Of a stretch of 64,000 nucleotides of DNA, positions 9,639-21,043 are shown one piece after another. The translations under genes were made by a program, and so were the position numbers. Source of the DNA: a bacterium. GTDB taxonomy: Bacteria; JAHJDO01. The notes beneath the pieces were generated by a model. It made no database searches, was not told the origin of the DNA, and worked only from the letters and a program-made list of their open reading frames with translations. How positions within the stretch are numbered: the stretch's first letter is position 1; the number at the start of each line of letters is the position of its first letter. The stretch spans positions 64,001 through 128,000 of the forward strand of contig JBDRTG010000047.1 of assembly GCA_043824255.1 (NCBI GenBank). Reading direction: 5' to 3'.

Positions 9639-10883
9639 CTATGCCTGATTTATGAGATGTCTTCTTAGTATGTCTAATGCGGTCTGTGCAGCTTTTTGTT
9701 TAATAATGTCTCTGGTTCCAAAAAACTTGTGTTCTGAGGTATCTACTCCGTTCTGATGCGCAAGCCCGATATAAACCAAGCCTACTGGTTTCTGTGAAGT
9801 TCCGCCTGTTGGTCCGGCTATTCCTGTTACTGAAAGACCGTAATCAGTACCTGAAAGTTCCTTTATCCCTTTTGCCATAGCGCTTGCTGTCTGGGAGCTT
9901 ACCGCTCCGAATTCTTCAATTGTGTGTAAAGAAACATGTAACAATCTGATTTTTGCTTCATTACTATAAGCGATAATAGATTCAATGAAATATGCTGAAC
10001 TTCCAGAGACATTTGTTAGGAGATTAGATATCAACCCTCCAGTGCATGATTCAGCAACAGCAATTGTTTTATTTCGCAGCGTTAAAATAGCTCCAACAAT
10101 TTTCCCCATTGTTTCATCCTCTGCGCCAAACACACAGTCTCCAAGGCAATCTCTTATCTGAGTTTCCACATCTGCTATCAAGGAATCAGCAATACCCTGA
10201 TTGCCAGCCTTTGCAGTTATTTTTATATCCACTTCCGTAGTATGGGCCAGGAATGCAATACATGGATTTGAATATTTTTCTGTAATATGTGTAATTTTTT
10301 CATCAATATCCGATTCTCCAAGACCAAAGGTTCTTAATGTCCGAGATTTAATGACAAGATTTTTACTGTATTTTTTTTTAAGATATTTAGAAACAGTGTG
10401 TTCAAACATTTGTTTTAATTCTCTTGGAACACCAGGAAGTAGAATGATGGTATTTTTGTCTCTTTCAATAATTAAGCCAGGAGCTGTTCCTGTTTCATTA
10501 TTAATAATCATAGATCCTCTGATAATAAGAGCTTGATTGTAATTGTTAGAGGGTATTTCCTTTTTTCTATCCTTAAAGAACCGTTCTATTTTTGAGAGAA
10601 TGCTGGTTTCCAATATCAGGCGGGTTTTCAGAACACCAGAGACAGCTTGTTTAGTTATATCGTCTACAGTTGGCCCTAACCCTCCGGTAACAATAATTAC
10701 TTCTGATCGTTTAATTGCTTCAGAAAGCACTGATTCCAGATGAGGATAGTTATCTCCAACAGATGTCTGGAAACAAGTTTCTATACCCAGTGAGGTAAGT
10801 TTTTCTGCAAGGTATGATGCATTTGTGTTGATAGTGCTACCTGTAAGCAGCTCTGTTCCAACAGTAATAATTTCCGCAGACAT
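9639..10883 (-). CDS. cinA: Competence/damage-inducible protein CinA (MoCF domain plus PncC NMN deamidase)
   Basis: VGTELL, GGLGPTVDDIT, AESCTGG, TGIAGPTGG. Confidence 0.93.
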   Translation of the reverse strand: MSAEIITVGTELLTGSTINTNASYLAEKLTSLGIETCFQTSVGDNYPHLESVLSEAIKRSEVIIVTGGLGPTVDDITKQAVSGVLKTRLILETSILSKIERFFKDRKKEIPSNNYNQALIIRGSMIINNETGTAPGLIIERDKNTIILLPGVPRELKQMFEHTVSKYLKKKYSKNLVIKSRTLRTFGLGESDIDEKITHITEKYSNPCIAFLAHTTEVDIKITAKAGNQGIADSLIADVETQIRDCLGDCVFGAEDETMGKIVGAILTLRNKTIAVAESCTGGLISNLLTNVSGSSAYFIESIIAYSNEAKIRLLHVSLHTIEEFGAVSSQTASAMAKGIKELSGTDYGLSVTGIAGPTGGTSQKPVGLVYIGLAHQNGVDTSEHKFFGTRDIIKQKAAQTALDILRRHLINQA

Positions 10884-10898
10884 TTCAACCTGTAATCT

Positions 10899-11702
10899 TC
10901 ACCTTTCTCCCTTTGTTGCATTTACCATTTGTTTGACATAAGAGGTAATTTCACTAAGGAGGTTTGGCTTATTGAGGTTTTGTTCAATTAACTTAACTAT
11001 TGCACTTCCTATAATCACTCCATCAGCATATGATGCAACTTCTTTTGCTTGCTCTGGCGTAGAGATTCCGAAGCCAACGGAAACTGGCTTTGATGTGAGC
11101 TTTTTAATCCTTAACACATTCTGTTTAATTGTTTTTGACAACATGCCCCTAGCTCCGGTTACGCCAGTAAGGGACACATAATAAATAAATCCTTCTGTCA
11201 TTCTGGCAATATGTTTAATTCTATCATCTGTACTTGTAGGAGCGGCAAGGAGTATTATAGCAAGAGAAGAATTTTTCGTTTTATTATAGATTGGAAAAGC
11301 TTCTTCTGGGGGAAGATCAGGGACAATAACTCCGTCAATACCAGCTTTTATAGAGTCTTTTACAAAATTGTCAATTCCATATCTGAATATTGGATTATAG
11401 TATCCCATCAAGATAATAGGAATACTGCTTTTCTTTCTAATGTTTCTGACAAGGGTTATCACGATTCGGAGAGAAACTCCATTTTTAAGTGCTCTTTCAG
11501 AAGCCTGTTGTATTGTAGGGCCATCTGCAAGTGGATCTGAAAAGGGAACGCCAAGCTCAATAATATCTGCTCCGGCTTTCTTAAATGCGAAAACCAGTTT
11601 CTCTGTTATAGCAATGCTTGGATCACCCGCGGTTATAAAAGGAATGAAAGCCGCTGTATTTGTTCTGGACAGATTAAGAAATACCTTTTCTATTTTGTTC
11701 AC
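10899..11702 (-). CDS. trpA: Tryptophan synthase alpha chain
   Basis: [27 protein letters not shown]. Confidence 0.97.
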   Translation of the reverse strand: MNKIEKVFLNLSRTNTAAFIPFITAGDPSIAITEKLVFAFKKAGADIIELGVPFSDPLADGPTIQQASERALKNGVSLRIVITLVRNIRKKSSIPIILMGYYNPIFRYGIDNFVKDSIKAGIDGVIVPDLPPEEAFPIYNKTKNSSLAIILLAAPTSTDDRIKHIARMTEGFIYYVSLTGVTGARGMLSKTIKQNVLRIKKLTSKPVSVGFGISTPEQAKEVASYADGVIIGSAIVKLIEQNLNKPNLLSEITSYVKQMVNATKGER

Positions 11703-12889
11703 AATTTTACCCCCAGCACCTTTGCTACTGTGTTTGCATCTTTATCTCCTCTACCGGAAAGACAAATTATAATTATCTTGTTTTTCTTTAGTTTAGGTGC
11801 AAGTTTTTTAACATAAGCAATTGCATGAGCACTCTCCAGCGCAGGAATAATCCCCTCTGTCCTGCAAAGCAGCTTGAATCCCTCCAGAGCCTCTTTATCT
11901 GTAATGGAATGATATTCAGCTCTGCCTGTTTTTTTCAAAAAGCTGTGTTCTGGGCCAACTCCCGGATAATCAAGCCCTGCAGAAATTGAATGTGCTATTT
12001 TTATCTGTCCGTTACCATCTTGTAAGAGATAACTCATACTTCCATGAAGCGTGCCTACTGTTCCTTTTCCCAGTGTTACAGCATGTTTACCTGTTTTAAT
12101 GCCAAGCCCTGCAGCTTCCACACCAATAAGAAAAACTTCCTTGTCGGGTATAAATTGATAGAAAATCCCTATGGAATTACTTCCTCCACCAACACATGCT
12201 ACAATGTAGTCAGGTAATTTTTTCTCAATCCTGAGAATTTGTTTTCTGGTCTCTTTACCAATAATTGTTTGAAAATCCCTCACAATCATTGGATATGGAT
12301 GGGGACCTACAACGGAGCCAATAATATAGTGTGTGGTCCTGACATTTGTAACCCAATCTCTAATTGCCTGATTTGTAGCATCTTTGAGCGTCCTGCTTCC
12401 AGAGGTTACAGGCGTAACTTTTGCTCCAAGGAGCTTCATTTTGAAGACGTTCAAAGCCTGTCTCTGGATATCTTCTGTACCCATAAACACTTCACATTCC
12501 AACCCGAACATACTCGCAGCAGTTGCTGTTGCAACCCCATGTTGTCCTGCGCCAGTTTCTGCGATAATTCTCTTTTTCCCCATTTTTACGGCAAGTAGTA
12601 CTTGTCCCAGAGTATTATTAATCTTATGCGCCCCTGTATGTAGCAAGTCCTCTCTTTTAAGGTATATCTTTGCACCTCCAAGTCTTTTGGTAAGCCTTTG
12701 GGCAAAATATAGAGGTGAAGGCCTCCCTGCATATTCACGCAAGTAGTAGTTTAATTCTTTTTGGAAGCTTTTGTCTTTTTTTGCAGATAAATAGGCTTTT
12801 TCAAGTTCCAAGAGTGCAGGCATAACAGTTTCAGGCACAAATCTACCGCCAAACTCTCCAAAGCGACCATGCTTATCAGGTAATTTCAT
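11699..12889 (-). CDS. trpB: Tryptophan synthase beta chain
   Basis: [33 protein letters not shown]. Confidence 0.98.
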   Translation of the reverse strand: MKLPDKHGRFGEFGGRFVPETVMPALLELEKAYLSAKKDKSFQKELNYYLREYAGRPSPLYFAQRLTKRLGGAKIYLKREDLLHTGAHKINNTLGQVLLAVKMGKKRIIAETGAGQHGVATATAASMFGLECEVFMGTEDIQRQALNVFKMKLLGAKVTPVTSGSRTLKDATNQAIRDWVTNVRTTHYIIGSVVGPHPYPMIVRDFQTIIGKETRKQILRIEKKLPDYIVACVGGGSNSIGIFYQFIPDKEVFLIGVEAAGLGIKTGKHAVTLGKGTVGTLHGSMSYLLQDGNGQIKIAHSISAGLDYPGVGPEHSFLKKTGRAEYHSITDKEALEGFKLLCRTEGIIPALESAHAIAYVKKLAPKLKKNKIIIICLSGRGDKDANTVAKVLGVKL

Positions 12890-13668
12890 GACTCTTTACC
12901 AATTAATTTCCTTACTTCAGATTCTATGTTATCGCTTCTCATCAATATCTCTCCGACGAGTATAGCATGTATACCACATTTATAAAGTTTTTCGACATTA
13001 TTTCTTGTTTTTATCCCGCTTTCACTTACAACAATCTTATTCTCAGGAACTTCTCCTTTTATTCTGAGACTTGTTTCAATATCAACCTCCAGAGTATCAA
13101 GGTCACGGTTATTTATTCCTATTATTTCTGCATTGCAGGATAAAGCCTGCTCAAGTTCTCTTTCAGAATGAACTTCAACAAGCGCAGCCATTCCAAGTTC
13201 CTTGGCCATAGCAAGATAATCTGCAAGCTGCGATCTCTCAAGTATTCGGACTATTAGGAGAATTGCATCCGCTTTATATGCTCTTGACTCATATATTTGA
13301 TACTCATCTACAATAAAATCTTTTCTCAAAATTGGGACATCAATCACATTTTTAGCCGTACTTAGGTATTTTATCTCTCCCTGAAAGAACTTTTTATCCG
13401 TTAAAACAGAAATTGCATCTACTTTTGCCATTTTATAGGTTTTGGCAATTTTCTCTACAGAAAAATCTTCTTTTATGACTCCTGCGGAAGGAGATGCTTT
13501 CTTAATTTCAGCAATAAGATTCATTTTCCCTTGTTTTGAAATACCTGATACAAAATCTCTGGGTTTATCAGAAGTATCGATTTTTCCCTTAAGCACAATA
13601 ACAGGTTCTTCTATTTTTCTGTTCTTAACTTCCTGCATTTTATTCTCAACTATCTTATCGAGTATCAT
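12886..13668 (-). CDS. trpC: Indole-3-glycerol phosphate synthase (not fused to TrpF)
   Basis: [29 protein letters not shown]. Confidence 0.96.
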   Translation of the reverse strand: MILDKIVENKMQEVKNRKIEEPVIVLKGKIDTSDKPRDFVSGISKQGKMNLIAEIKKASPSAGVIKEDFSVEKIAKTYKMAKVDAISVLTDKKFFQGEIKYLSTAKNVIDVPILRKDFIVDEYQIYESRAYKADAILLIVRILERSQLADYLAMAKELGMAALVEVHSERELEQALSCNAEIIGINNRDLDTLEVDIETSLRIKGEVPENKIVVSESGIKTRNNVEKLYKCGIHAILVGEILMRSDNIESEVRKLIGKES

Positions 13669-13674
13669 ATTGAA

Positions 13675-14676
13675 TTAAATAGGCTTTTTTACAAACTGCC
13701 TGATGTATTGAGTAAGATTTTTTGCCATCTCATCCATTCCCTCTGGTGAAGGGTGAACAAGATCGATCATCAGCCCAGAAGAATTTTTTAAAATTTCTCT
13801 TCCGTCAATGTGAATAAGTTTAGGCATATTTAATTTTTCAACCGTCTCTTTAACTATTCTTCTAAATTCATCCTGCTTGGTTGAAGCAGGTTCAAAGTCA
13901 GCATAAAAAGTAAAAATGTCTATGCAGAAAATCCACTTGTCAGAATGAGTAGTAGCAACTTTCTTAATAAAATATTCCGCCCTTTTCTTAAATTCTTTTG
14001 TTTCAAAACTCCCCACCATATTAATTCCCAACTCCAAAGTTGCAAAATCCCAGTCATTTCTTTCAGTAATGTAATCTGCCATCTGGCTTTCGCAATGCGC
14101 TCCTCCACCAAATCCCAAATTAATTAAATCAACCCCTAGAAGTTGCGCAGTTCTCATAGCATAAGTTCCAGTGGGTCTGGAAGCCCTGGATCCATGAGTG
14201 ATTGAAGAACCATAGGCAAGATACTTTGTTTTAGGAGTTTGTTTTTTTGTGGGTAAAGCAAAATCTCCTTCAATCTTTACCATATTCGTAGGAGCAAGGT
14301 AAGGTAGAACTACTCTGGTAAGATAGGAATCAAAAGGGAACTTTTTCTCTTTGGTAATTTTATTCAGAAGTTCCATATTGCCCGGGAGAGAAATAGGAAT
14401 CTCTGTTGGTTCAGGACTGATGATATGTGATACAGCCTTAAACACTCCCTGATAAACCTCTGCAAGATGTGACTCAGATTCAGTTTTCAAAACAATCTTT
14501 CCTGTCTCTGATTTTAGATTAAATCTTATCTCACAACCAGCAGTGAAAAGAGCCCTTAATTTAGCGCCTTCATTTAAAGTAACCCTGAGTTTATCAGGAA
14601 TTCTGGTAAAGCATTTTTCTCCTTCCTGTTCAATTATCTCTGCTACATTATAGAACTCTACATTTTTATAAAACAT
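13675..14676 (-). CDS. SGNH/GDSL hydrolase family protein
   Basis: YGSSITHG, NLGFGG, ELGIN, DLVHP. Start placed at MFYK (14676), after a GGGGG Shine-Dalgarno-like run. Confidence 0.8.
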   Translation of the reverse strand: MFYKNVEFYNVAEIIEQEGEKCFTRIPDKLRVTLNEGAKLRALFTAGCEIRFNLKSETGKIVLKTESESHLAEVYQGVFKAVSHIISPEPTEIPISLPGNMELLNKITKEKKFPFDSYLTRVVLPYLAPTNMVKIEGDFALPTKKQTPKTKYLAYGSSITHGSRASRPTGTYAMRTAQLLGVDLINLGFGGGAHCESQMADYITERNDWDFATLELGINMVGSFETKEFKKRAEYFIKKVATTHSDKWIFCIDIFTFYADFEPASTKQDEFRRIVKETVEKLNMPKLIHIDGREILKNSSGLMIDLVHPSPEGMDEMAKNLTQYIRQFVKKPI

Positions 14677-14732
14677 TTTCTTTCCCCCATTCAACTAATT
14701 TTATATTGAATCCTCAAGCATGGATTTTAAAG

Positions 14733-14761
14733 ATTATAATGTAAATTAGATAGAAAATCAA
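14733..14761 (-). promoter_or_regulatory. Sigma70-type promoter for SGNH-trpCBA-cinA
   Basis: TTGATT, 17-bp spacer, TATAAT, directly after the csp terminator. Confidence 0.6.
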
Positions 14762-14805
14762 AAAAAGAAAACCCGCCCAACTAACTTCTTTAATTGAACG
14801 GGTTT
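14760..14805 (-). terminator. Intrinsic terminator of the csp gene
   Basis: Minus strand AAACCCGTTCAATTAA-AGAAG-TTAGTTGGGCGGGTTT (includes G:U pairs), followed by TCTTTTTTT. Confidence 0.85.
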
Positions 14806-14842
14806 ATCTATTGGATTTACGACTTAGTCTATAAAAATATTT

Positions 14843-15049
14843 TTATAGCTTTTTTACGTTTCCAGCTCTGTTACGACCTTTATCGTCTTTCTCTATGTCG
14901 AACTCTACAGCATCGTTTTCAGCCAAGGACTTAAATCCTGCGCCCTCAATAGCGGAATGATGCACAAAACAGTCATCACTTCCATCGTCTGGGGTGATGA
15001 ACCCGTAACCTTTTGCGTCATTAAACCACTTTACCTTGCCTTTAGCCAT
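14843..15049 (-). CDS. Cold-shock protein (CspA family)
   Basis: GKVKWFN, KGYGFI (RNP1), FVHHSAI (RNP2). Confidence 0.97.
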   Translation of the reverse strand: MAKGKVKWFNDAKGYGFITPDDGSDDCFVHHSAIEGAGFKSLAENDAVEFDIEKDDKGRNRAGNVKKL

Positions 15050-15138
15050 CTTTCGAACTCCTTCTTTTGTTTATCCGAGGACAGAACATGAGAGACTATC
15101 GCCTCAATACCACTTTCCTTGTCCTACTAACTTTTTGC

Positions 15139-15166
15139 ATGATAACAATAAAAAAATAAAAGTCAA
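15139..15166 (-). promoter_or_regulatory. Promoter of the csp gene
   Basis: TTGACT, 16-bp spacer, TGt-TATCAT (extended -10). The -35 box overlaps the MATE stop codon. Confidence 0.55.
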
Positions 15167-16524
15167 GCTATTTTTTTATGCTTCCACGCACCTTTTTTAA
15201 ACCAGCCAGCCATTACTACTCCTTGAACTACACTTGAGATGGCAATTGCCAGCCATATACCATTAGTATTCATATTTAAATTTTTTGATAATAAAAATGC
15301 CAGTGGTATCTGGAATCCAAAAAGAGAGATGCTTGTAATTATAAGCGGGGATAAAGTATCGCCTGCACCCATAAATGCTCTCCCAAGGACTATAGAGGAT
15401 GCCATAAAGATAAATGTAAAAGATAAAAAGCGTAAATATAAGGCCCCTATCCTAATAACTTCGGGATGGGTATTAAAAATGGTGATTATTTCCTTAGCAA
15501 ATATAGCAAATATTATTGTGAATATTATAGCTATAATTCCAAAAAAGCCTGTTGACAACCATGCGCTTTTTTCAGCCCTTTTTGGTCTACTTGCTCCTAA
15601 ATTCTGTCCAACTAATGTTGTAGCGCATTGAGCAAATGCAAAGCCAGGCATCATTACCAACATTAATACTCTCATCCCAATACCATAAGCAGCTATAGCA
15701 AAAGTGCCGAATACAGCTACAATACGCATTAGGATCAAACCCGATATGTTTCTTGCAGACATCTGCAAGGATGCGAAAATACCGGTACGAATCATCCGAA
15801 GCATAATAGAGAGTCTCAATCTTGATTCCTTTATTTTTAAATGGATAATAGAGTGCCCCTTAAAAATCGCACATAGTCCCCATATCATACCTGTTCCTCT
15901 GGCTATAACAGTAGCCAAGGCAGAACCTTTAACTCCCAAAGCAGGAAACCCAAACATTCCAAATATTAATAATGGATCTAAAATAATATTCAATCCTGTA
16001 GAAAGTAACAAAAATTTCATAGGCAAAAAGGCATCCCCTGCTCCACGAAGGATAGCGCTAATCAAAAATAAAAGAAACATAGTGATTGAACCAAGAGACA
16101 ATATCTTGATATAAGATTCCCCTAAAGAAATCACCTCTCCACTTGCACCAAACAAGCTAAGCATAGGTTTTGCCAGAAAATAGCCAGAAATACCAAAAAC
16201 AACAGAACCGATAATACCCATAAAAAGTGATTGAACAGCAACGTCTTCCGCCTCTTTAATATCCTTTGCCCCAATTGCTCTGGCTACCATAGCCGTTGTC
16301 CCAATAGATATACCTATTAAAGCAATCATAATTATTCCAAAGAAGATTCCTCCCATAGCTACTGCAGCGATAGCTTCTGGACCTAATCTGCCAACAAAAA
16401 TCATATCCACAATATTAAACGCATTCTGCAATACCACACTAATCATAATAGGAACAGCTAAGTTCCAAATACTCTTAGAAATACTACCTTCGGTTAAATC
16501 GTTTCTTTCTATCTTAGAATTCAT
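15163..16524 (-). CDS. MATE family efflux transporter
   Basis: LTEGSI, DMIFVGRLG, NIILDPLLIFG, GSALAT; about 12 hydrophobic segments. Confidence 0.93.
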   Translation of the reverse strand: MNSKIERNDLTEGSISKSIWNLAVPIMISVVLQNAFNIVDMIFVGRLGPEAIAAVAMGGIFFGIIMIALIGISIGTTAMVARAIGAKDIKEAEDVAVQSLFMGIIGSVVFGISGYFLAKPMLSLFGASGEVISLGESYIKILSLGSITMFLLFLISAILRGAGDAFLPMKFLLLSTGLNIILDPLLIFGMFGFPALGVKGSALATVIARGTGMIWGLCAIFKGHSIIHLKIKESRLRLSIMLRMIRTGIFASLQMSARNISGLILMRIVAVFGTFAIAAYGIGMRVLMLVMMPGFAFAQCATTLVGQNLGASRPKRAEKSAWLSTGFFGIIAIIFTIIFAIFAKEIITIFNTHPEVIRIGALYLRFLSFTFIFMASSIVLGRAFMGAGDTLSPLIITSISLFGFQIPLAFLLSKNLNMNTNGIWLAIAISSVVQGVVMAGWFKKGAWKHKKIA

Positions 16525-16573
16525 AATTAAAAATTAAAGAATTTTAAATTGATTAATAATTGGAAATTGAAAA

Positions 16574-17593
16574 TTAGAAATTCTTGTTCGTCTCTTCTCT
16601 TAATGCATTAAGTTTATTGAGTGCCGCTCCTGAATCTATAGATTTCTCAGCTAATGTTATGCCTTCTCTTATATCTTTGGCTTTTCCTGTTGCTACAAAG
16701 ATATGAGCAGAATTCAGAACAACGATATCTCTCCTTGCCCCTTTTTCACCCTTTAGTATTTTTATAATGATTTTTGCGTTTTCAGCTGCATCGCCGCCCC
16801 TAATATCCTCTTCTTTTCCAATAGACATACCAAAATCTCTAGGATGTATATAATATGTTTTTATCTCTCCATTTTTAAGCTCGCTGATTCTTGTCTTCCC
16901 TGTAATGCTTATCTCATCAAAACCTCCTTCGCCATGTACAACAAACGCACTTTTTGACCCCATATTCTTGAGAACATTTGCTAATTTGTCTGTTAAATTG
17001 GGATTATAAACCCCCAAAACCTGAGATGTCGCATTAGCCGGATTAGTAAGTGGCCCTAAAATATTGAAAATTGTTCTTATTCCTATTTCCCTTCTAGGGC
17101 CAATTGCATATTTCATAGCTTTATGAAAGAGTGGCGCAAACAAGAATCCTATGCCTATATTATTGATGCATTCTTCAACCCTGTTTGGAGGGATATCTAT
17201 GTTTATTCCAAGCTCTTTTATTACATCCGCACTTCCGCATTTGCTGGATACAGATCTGTTGCCGTGTTTTGCAACAATAAGTCCACCCCCTGCAGCCACA
17301 ATTGCTGTTGCTGTAGAAACATTAAACGTATTAGCTTTATCTCCGCCAGTTCCGCACGTATCAACTACATCTAACCCATGCTTGATATGAATTCTTTCCG
17401 CTTTTTCTCTCATCACCTTTGCGCAGCCAGTAATTTCATCCACAGTTTCGCCCTTCATTCTGAGTGCTGTTATAAAAGATGCTATTTGAGAAGCAGTTGC
17501 TTTGCCGTCCATAATTTCTTCCATTATTCCCCGCGCCTCATCTTCTGTAAGATCGCACCCTTCTACAACCTTCTGAATTATTTCTTTAATCAT
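16574..17593 (-). CDS. trpD: Anthranilate phosphoribosyltransferase
   Basis: [36 protein letters not shown]. Confidence 0.97.
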   Translation of the reverse strand: MIKEIIQKVVEGCDLTEDEARGIMEEIMDGKATASQIASFITALRMKGETVDEITGCAKVMREKAERIHIKHGLDVVDTCGTGGDKANTFNVSTATAIVAAGGGLIVAKHGNRSVSSKCGSADVIKELGINIDIPPNRVEECINNIGIGFLFAPLFHKAMKYAIGPRREIGIRTIFNILGPLTNPANATSQVLGVYNPNLTDKLANVLKNMGSKSAFVVHGEGGFDEISITGKTRISELKNGEIKTYYIHPRDFGMSIGKEEDIRGGDAAENAKIIIKILKGEKGARRDIVVLNSAHIFVATGKAKDIREGITLAEKSIDSGAALNKLNALREETNKNF

Positions 17594-17602
17594 AATAGTC
17601 TC

Positions 17603-18172
17603 CTATTTCAGCTTTAAAAAGTTGCCAAGTATTTTTTTGCCTTCCTTAGTGAGGATTGATTCCGGGTGGAACTGAACGCCTTCGACCGGGTATTTTTTAT
17701 GCCTGATTCCCATTATTTCGTTTTGATCAGTCCATGCAGATATCTGGAAGCAGGCAGGGAGAGATTCTTTCTCTATTTCAAGAGAGTGATATCGCGTAGC
17801 TTCGAATGGATTAGAAATATTTTTAAATATTGTGTTACTGTCATGATGAATCATAGAAGTTTTTCCATGCATAAGTCTTTTAGCCCTGACTATTTTCGCT
17901 TCAAAGACTTCCCCAATGCACTGGTGCCCCAGACATACGCCGAGTATTGGAATTTTCTTGTAAAATGATTTGATGACCTCTTTAGAAATGCCTGCTTCTT
18001 TTGGTGTGCATGGACCTGGAGAGATGACTATCTTTTTTAGATTTTTTTTATTTTTTATTTGATTTAGTGTTATTTTGTCATTTCTGTAAATCTCCATGTC
18101 AGCGCCAAGCTCACCGAAATACTGAACTAGATTAAATGTAAAGGAGTCATAATTATCTATTATAAGAATCAA
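17603..18172 (-). CDS. trpG: Anthranilate synthase component II (glutamine amidotransferase)
   Basis: IDNYDSFT, SPGP, GVCLGHQ, QFHPES. Confidence 0.95.
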   Translation of the reverse strand: MILIIDNYDSFTFNLVQYFGELGADMEIYRNDKITLNQIKNKKNLKKIVISPGPCTPKEAGISKEVIKSFYKKIPILGVCLGHQCIGEVFEAKIVRAKRLMHGKTSMIHHDSNTIFKNISNPFEATRYHSLEIEKESLPACFQISAWTDQNEIMGIRHKKYPVEGVQFHPESILTKEGKKILGNFLKLK

Positions 18173-19656
18173 ATTAAACCCTCCTCAGCAAGCTTTATTG
18201 CTTTTATAAGCACCTTTGCCTTATTCAATGTTTCATTATATTCTTTCTCTGGTACTGAATCTGCAACAATACCTGCTCCAGCTTGAAGATAAGCTGTATT
18301 GTTTTTAATGATTGCCGTTCTTATTATTATGCATGTGTCCATATCTCCTGAAAAACTCAAATACCCCACTGCTCCTGCATAAGGGCCACGTCTTGTAGGT
18401 TCGAACTCCTCAATAAGTTCCATAGCTCTTATCTTTGGAGCACCGGAGACTGTCCCTGCAGGAAAGCAAGCCTTGAGAACATCTACGCTGTCTAAATCAG
18501 GTTTGATTTTCCCTTGAACATCTGAGACTATATGCATAACATGAGAGTACTTTTCTATACTCATCAGTTCTCCAACTTTGACTGTGCCGTATTTGCAAAC
18601 GCGGCCAACATCGTTTCGTGAAAGGTCAACAAGCATTACGTGCTCTGAGAGTTCTTTTGGATCAGAGAGTAATTCCTTGACAAGTTCCTTATCTTCAATC
18701 TCTGTTTTTCCTCTGGGTCTTGTACCAGCTATTGGGCGTTCTTTTACAGTTTTATTTTCTACCTTAACCAAAGTCTCAGGAGACGATCCTGCTATTTCAA
18801 AACTGTCAAGCTTAAGATAATACATATATGGAGATGGATTTATTATTCGAAGAGCTCGATATATATCAAACGAGTCTACATTTATCTTGGTTCTCAGCCG
18901 TTGTGAAAGCACAGTCTGAATGATATCTCCTGCTTTAATATATTCCTTGGCTTTCTTTACAATCTTTGTGAATTGATTCTTTGTGAGGTTAGATTTTAGC
19001 TTATATTTCCCCTTTGGATTTTTATTTCTATGTTTCTGCATAGGCATAGACATGTTCAATTTCTCTATTATCCTATCAATCTTTTGTATAGCTTGATTGT
19101 ACGCTTTAGACGGATCCGTCTTATCATTTAAGTGTACATTCGATACTATCTTCATCTTATGTAAAAGATGGTCAAAAATTACTATAGTGTCTGTAAACAT
19201 CAGCACACAATCTGGCAGGTTGAGATCATCAGTTGTATGTATTGATAATTTCTCTATAAATCTAATAACATCATAGCTAAAATATCCTACTGCTCCGCCA
19301 CAAAATGGGGGCAGGGAATCATTGATTACAAATCTGTATTTATTCATCATATGTCTGAGAAATGGAAAAGGCCCATCTGAAAGAGAAACTTGTTTTTCTT
19401 TATGCTTATAAAGTAGGCTTCCTTTGTTGTTTTTACATTTAAAGACTATCTCAGGATTAGTCCCAATAAATGAGTATCTGCCAAGTTGTTCTCCTCTTTC
19501 AACACTCTCCAGAAGAAATGAAAATTTATCCCCATGTGCAATTTGTTTATATGCTGATACTGGGGTTTGTGTATCAGCTATAATCTCTTTGTAAACAGGA
19601 ATGAGATTTCCTGTTTTTGTTTTTTTAATAAACTCTTTTTTTGTTGGATAGTACAT
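18169..19656 (-). CDS. trpE: Anthranilate synthase component I
   Basis: LLES, NPSPYMY, PIAGTRPRG, GTVSGAPKIRA, QAGAGIVADS. Confidence 0.96.
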   Translation of the reverse strand: MYYPTKKEFIKKTKTGNLIPVYKEIIADTQTPVSAYKQIAHGDKFSFLLESVERGEQLGRYSFIGTNPEIVFKCKNNKGSLLYKHKEKQVSLSDGPFPFLRHMMNKYRFVINDSLPPFCGGAVGYFSYDVIRFIEKLSIHTTDDLNLPDCVLMFTDTIVIFDHLLHKMKIVSNVHLNDKTDPSKAYNQAIQKIDRIIEKLNMSMPMQKHRNKNPKGKYKLKSNLTKNQFTKIVKKAKEYIKAGDIIQTVLSQRLRTKINVDSFDIYRALRIINPSPYMYYLKLDSFEIAGSSPETLVKVENKTVKERPIAGTRPRGKTEIEDKELVKELLSDPKELSEHVMLVDLSRNDVGRVCKYGTVKVGELMSIEKYSHVMHIVSDVQGKIKPDLDSVDVLKACFPAGTVSGAPKIRAMELIEEFEPTRRGPYAGAVGYLSFSGDMDTCIIIRTAIIKNNTAYLQAGAGIVADSVPEKEYNETLNKAKVLIKAIKLAEEGLI

Positions 19657-19680
19657 AAAACTAACTCATTTTGAAGCTTT

Positions 19681-20415
19681 CTAAGAAAGTCTTTTCTCAG
19701 ACTCTTGAGAGACTCGGTTTTTGGGTGCAAAAAATTTTCTTAACGGTCTGAGCATTCTTGTAAGTCCTGAAAGTACGTAAGCAAATGTTATTGCAAACAT
19801 AAAAAAGTCTGAACGTAGAACTACTAAAGCAAGAATCAAGAGTATGGCAACCAGGTAATGAAATGGCCTTTTCCTCTCAATTTCTTTCAGACTGGGATAT
19901 CTAACCTTGCTCACCATTAAATATGCAATAACTACCATGAATATTGGGAAAAATCTGAGTGCAGGGAATTGAATAATGTAGTCATGAAAGGCTACTGTAG
20001 AGGTTGTGACTATTGCTGCAGCAGCTGGAATAGGTAGCCCTACAAAAAACTTATCCTTTGTTTTTACTATTTGAACATTAAATCTGGCTAGCCTCAGAGC
20101 TCCGCAAACTATATACAGTGTAATAAGGGATAAAGCCAAACGCGTAGGAACTCCAAAAAAAGATTTATATACAAGCACAGCTGGGGCAACAGCAAAGGAT
20201 ATAAGATCAGCAAGAGAGTCATATTGCAATCCAAAAGCGCTGCTTGTTTTTGTTAAACGCGAAACCTCACCATCAAGCCCGTCAAATACAATAGCAATAA
20301 TAATTAACCATCCTGCAATAATAAAATTTCCCTGCATAGAGAAGATTATTGATAAAAATCCACACACTAGATTAGCAGTTGTAAGAAGACTTGGCAGCAA
20401 TTGAATTTTTCTCAC
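19681..20415 (-). CDS. pssA: CDP-diacylglycerol--serine O-phosphatidyltransferase
   Basis: DGLDG-x2-SR-x6-FG-x3-DSLAD, RLARFN, GLPIPAAA; adjacent to psd. Confidence 0.92.
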   Translation of the reverse strand: MRKIQLLPSLLTTANLVCGFLSIIFSMQGNFIIAGWLIIIAIVFDGLDGEVSRLTKTSSAFGLQYDSLADLISFAVAPAVLVYKSFFGVPTRLALSLITLYIVCGALRLARFNVQIVKTKDKFFVGLPIPAAAAIVTTSTVAFHDYIIQFPALRFFPIFMVVIAYLMVSKVRYPSLKEIERKRPFHYLVAILLILALVVLRSDFFMFAITFAYVLSGLTRMLRPLRKFFAPKNRVSQESEKRLS

Positions 20416-21041
20416 GAAAATTTCCCCATAATAGTTATTCCTGCCTTGACCATATCACTGATTTCTACTTTTATCTCCGTATTTATAGGAATGAACAAGT
20501 CTGTTCTTGAGCCAAATTTTATCATTCCTATGCGTTCGCCGATTTTTAACTTATCACCCTTATTGCATTTACATACAACACGGCGCGCAATTTTCCCTGC
20601 TATTTGTCTTAGAGCAATTTTAGCTCCTTTATGCGAAAGCACCATAAAATTATTCTCATTCACCTCTGATGCCTTGGGATTTCTAGCGTCAAGAAACCTT
20701 CCTCTTGAATATTCAAGATACACTATCTCTCCATCAACTGGCGCACGATTGATATGCGTGTCAAAAATCGAGAGGAAGATAGAGATTCTGTAAACTGGTT
20801 CATCGGATATTTTACTGTCCTGAATCTGTTCAATCGCCACTACTTTACCATCAGCTGGCGCAAGCACTATATTTTCTCCTTTTGTAATCTCTCTTTCAGG
20901 ATCCCTGAAGAAAAAAACACAAAAACTAAGTAAGACGAGAAAAATAACACTAATGTATATATGAAAGAAAGCGCTGAAAATTGTAATTAATATAAAAAAA
21001 ACTATTATTGATATACCATCTCTTGCAATTCTAAATTTCAT
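20412..21041 (-). CDS. psd: Phosphatidylserine decarboxylase proenzyme
   Basis: FFRDPER, APADG, HINRAP, FGSRTD self-cleavage motif. Confidence 0.93.
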   Translation of the reverse strand: MKFRIARDGISIIVFFILITIFSAFFHIYISVIFLVLLSFCVFFFRDPEREITKGENIVLAPADGKVVAIEQIQDSKISDEPVYRISIFLSIFDTHINRAPVDGEIVYLEYSRGRFLDARNPKASEVNENNFMVLSHKGAKIALRQIAGKIARRVVCKCNKGDKLKIGERIGMIKFGSRTDLFIPINTEIKVEISDMVKAGITIMGKFS

Positions 21042-21043
21042 TC

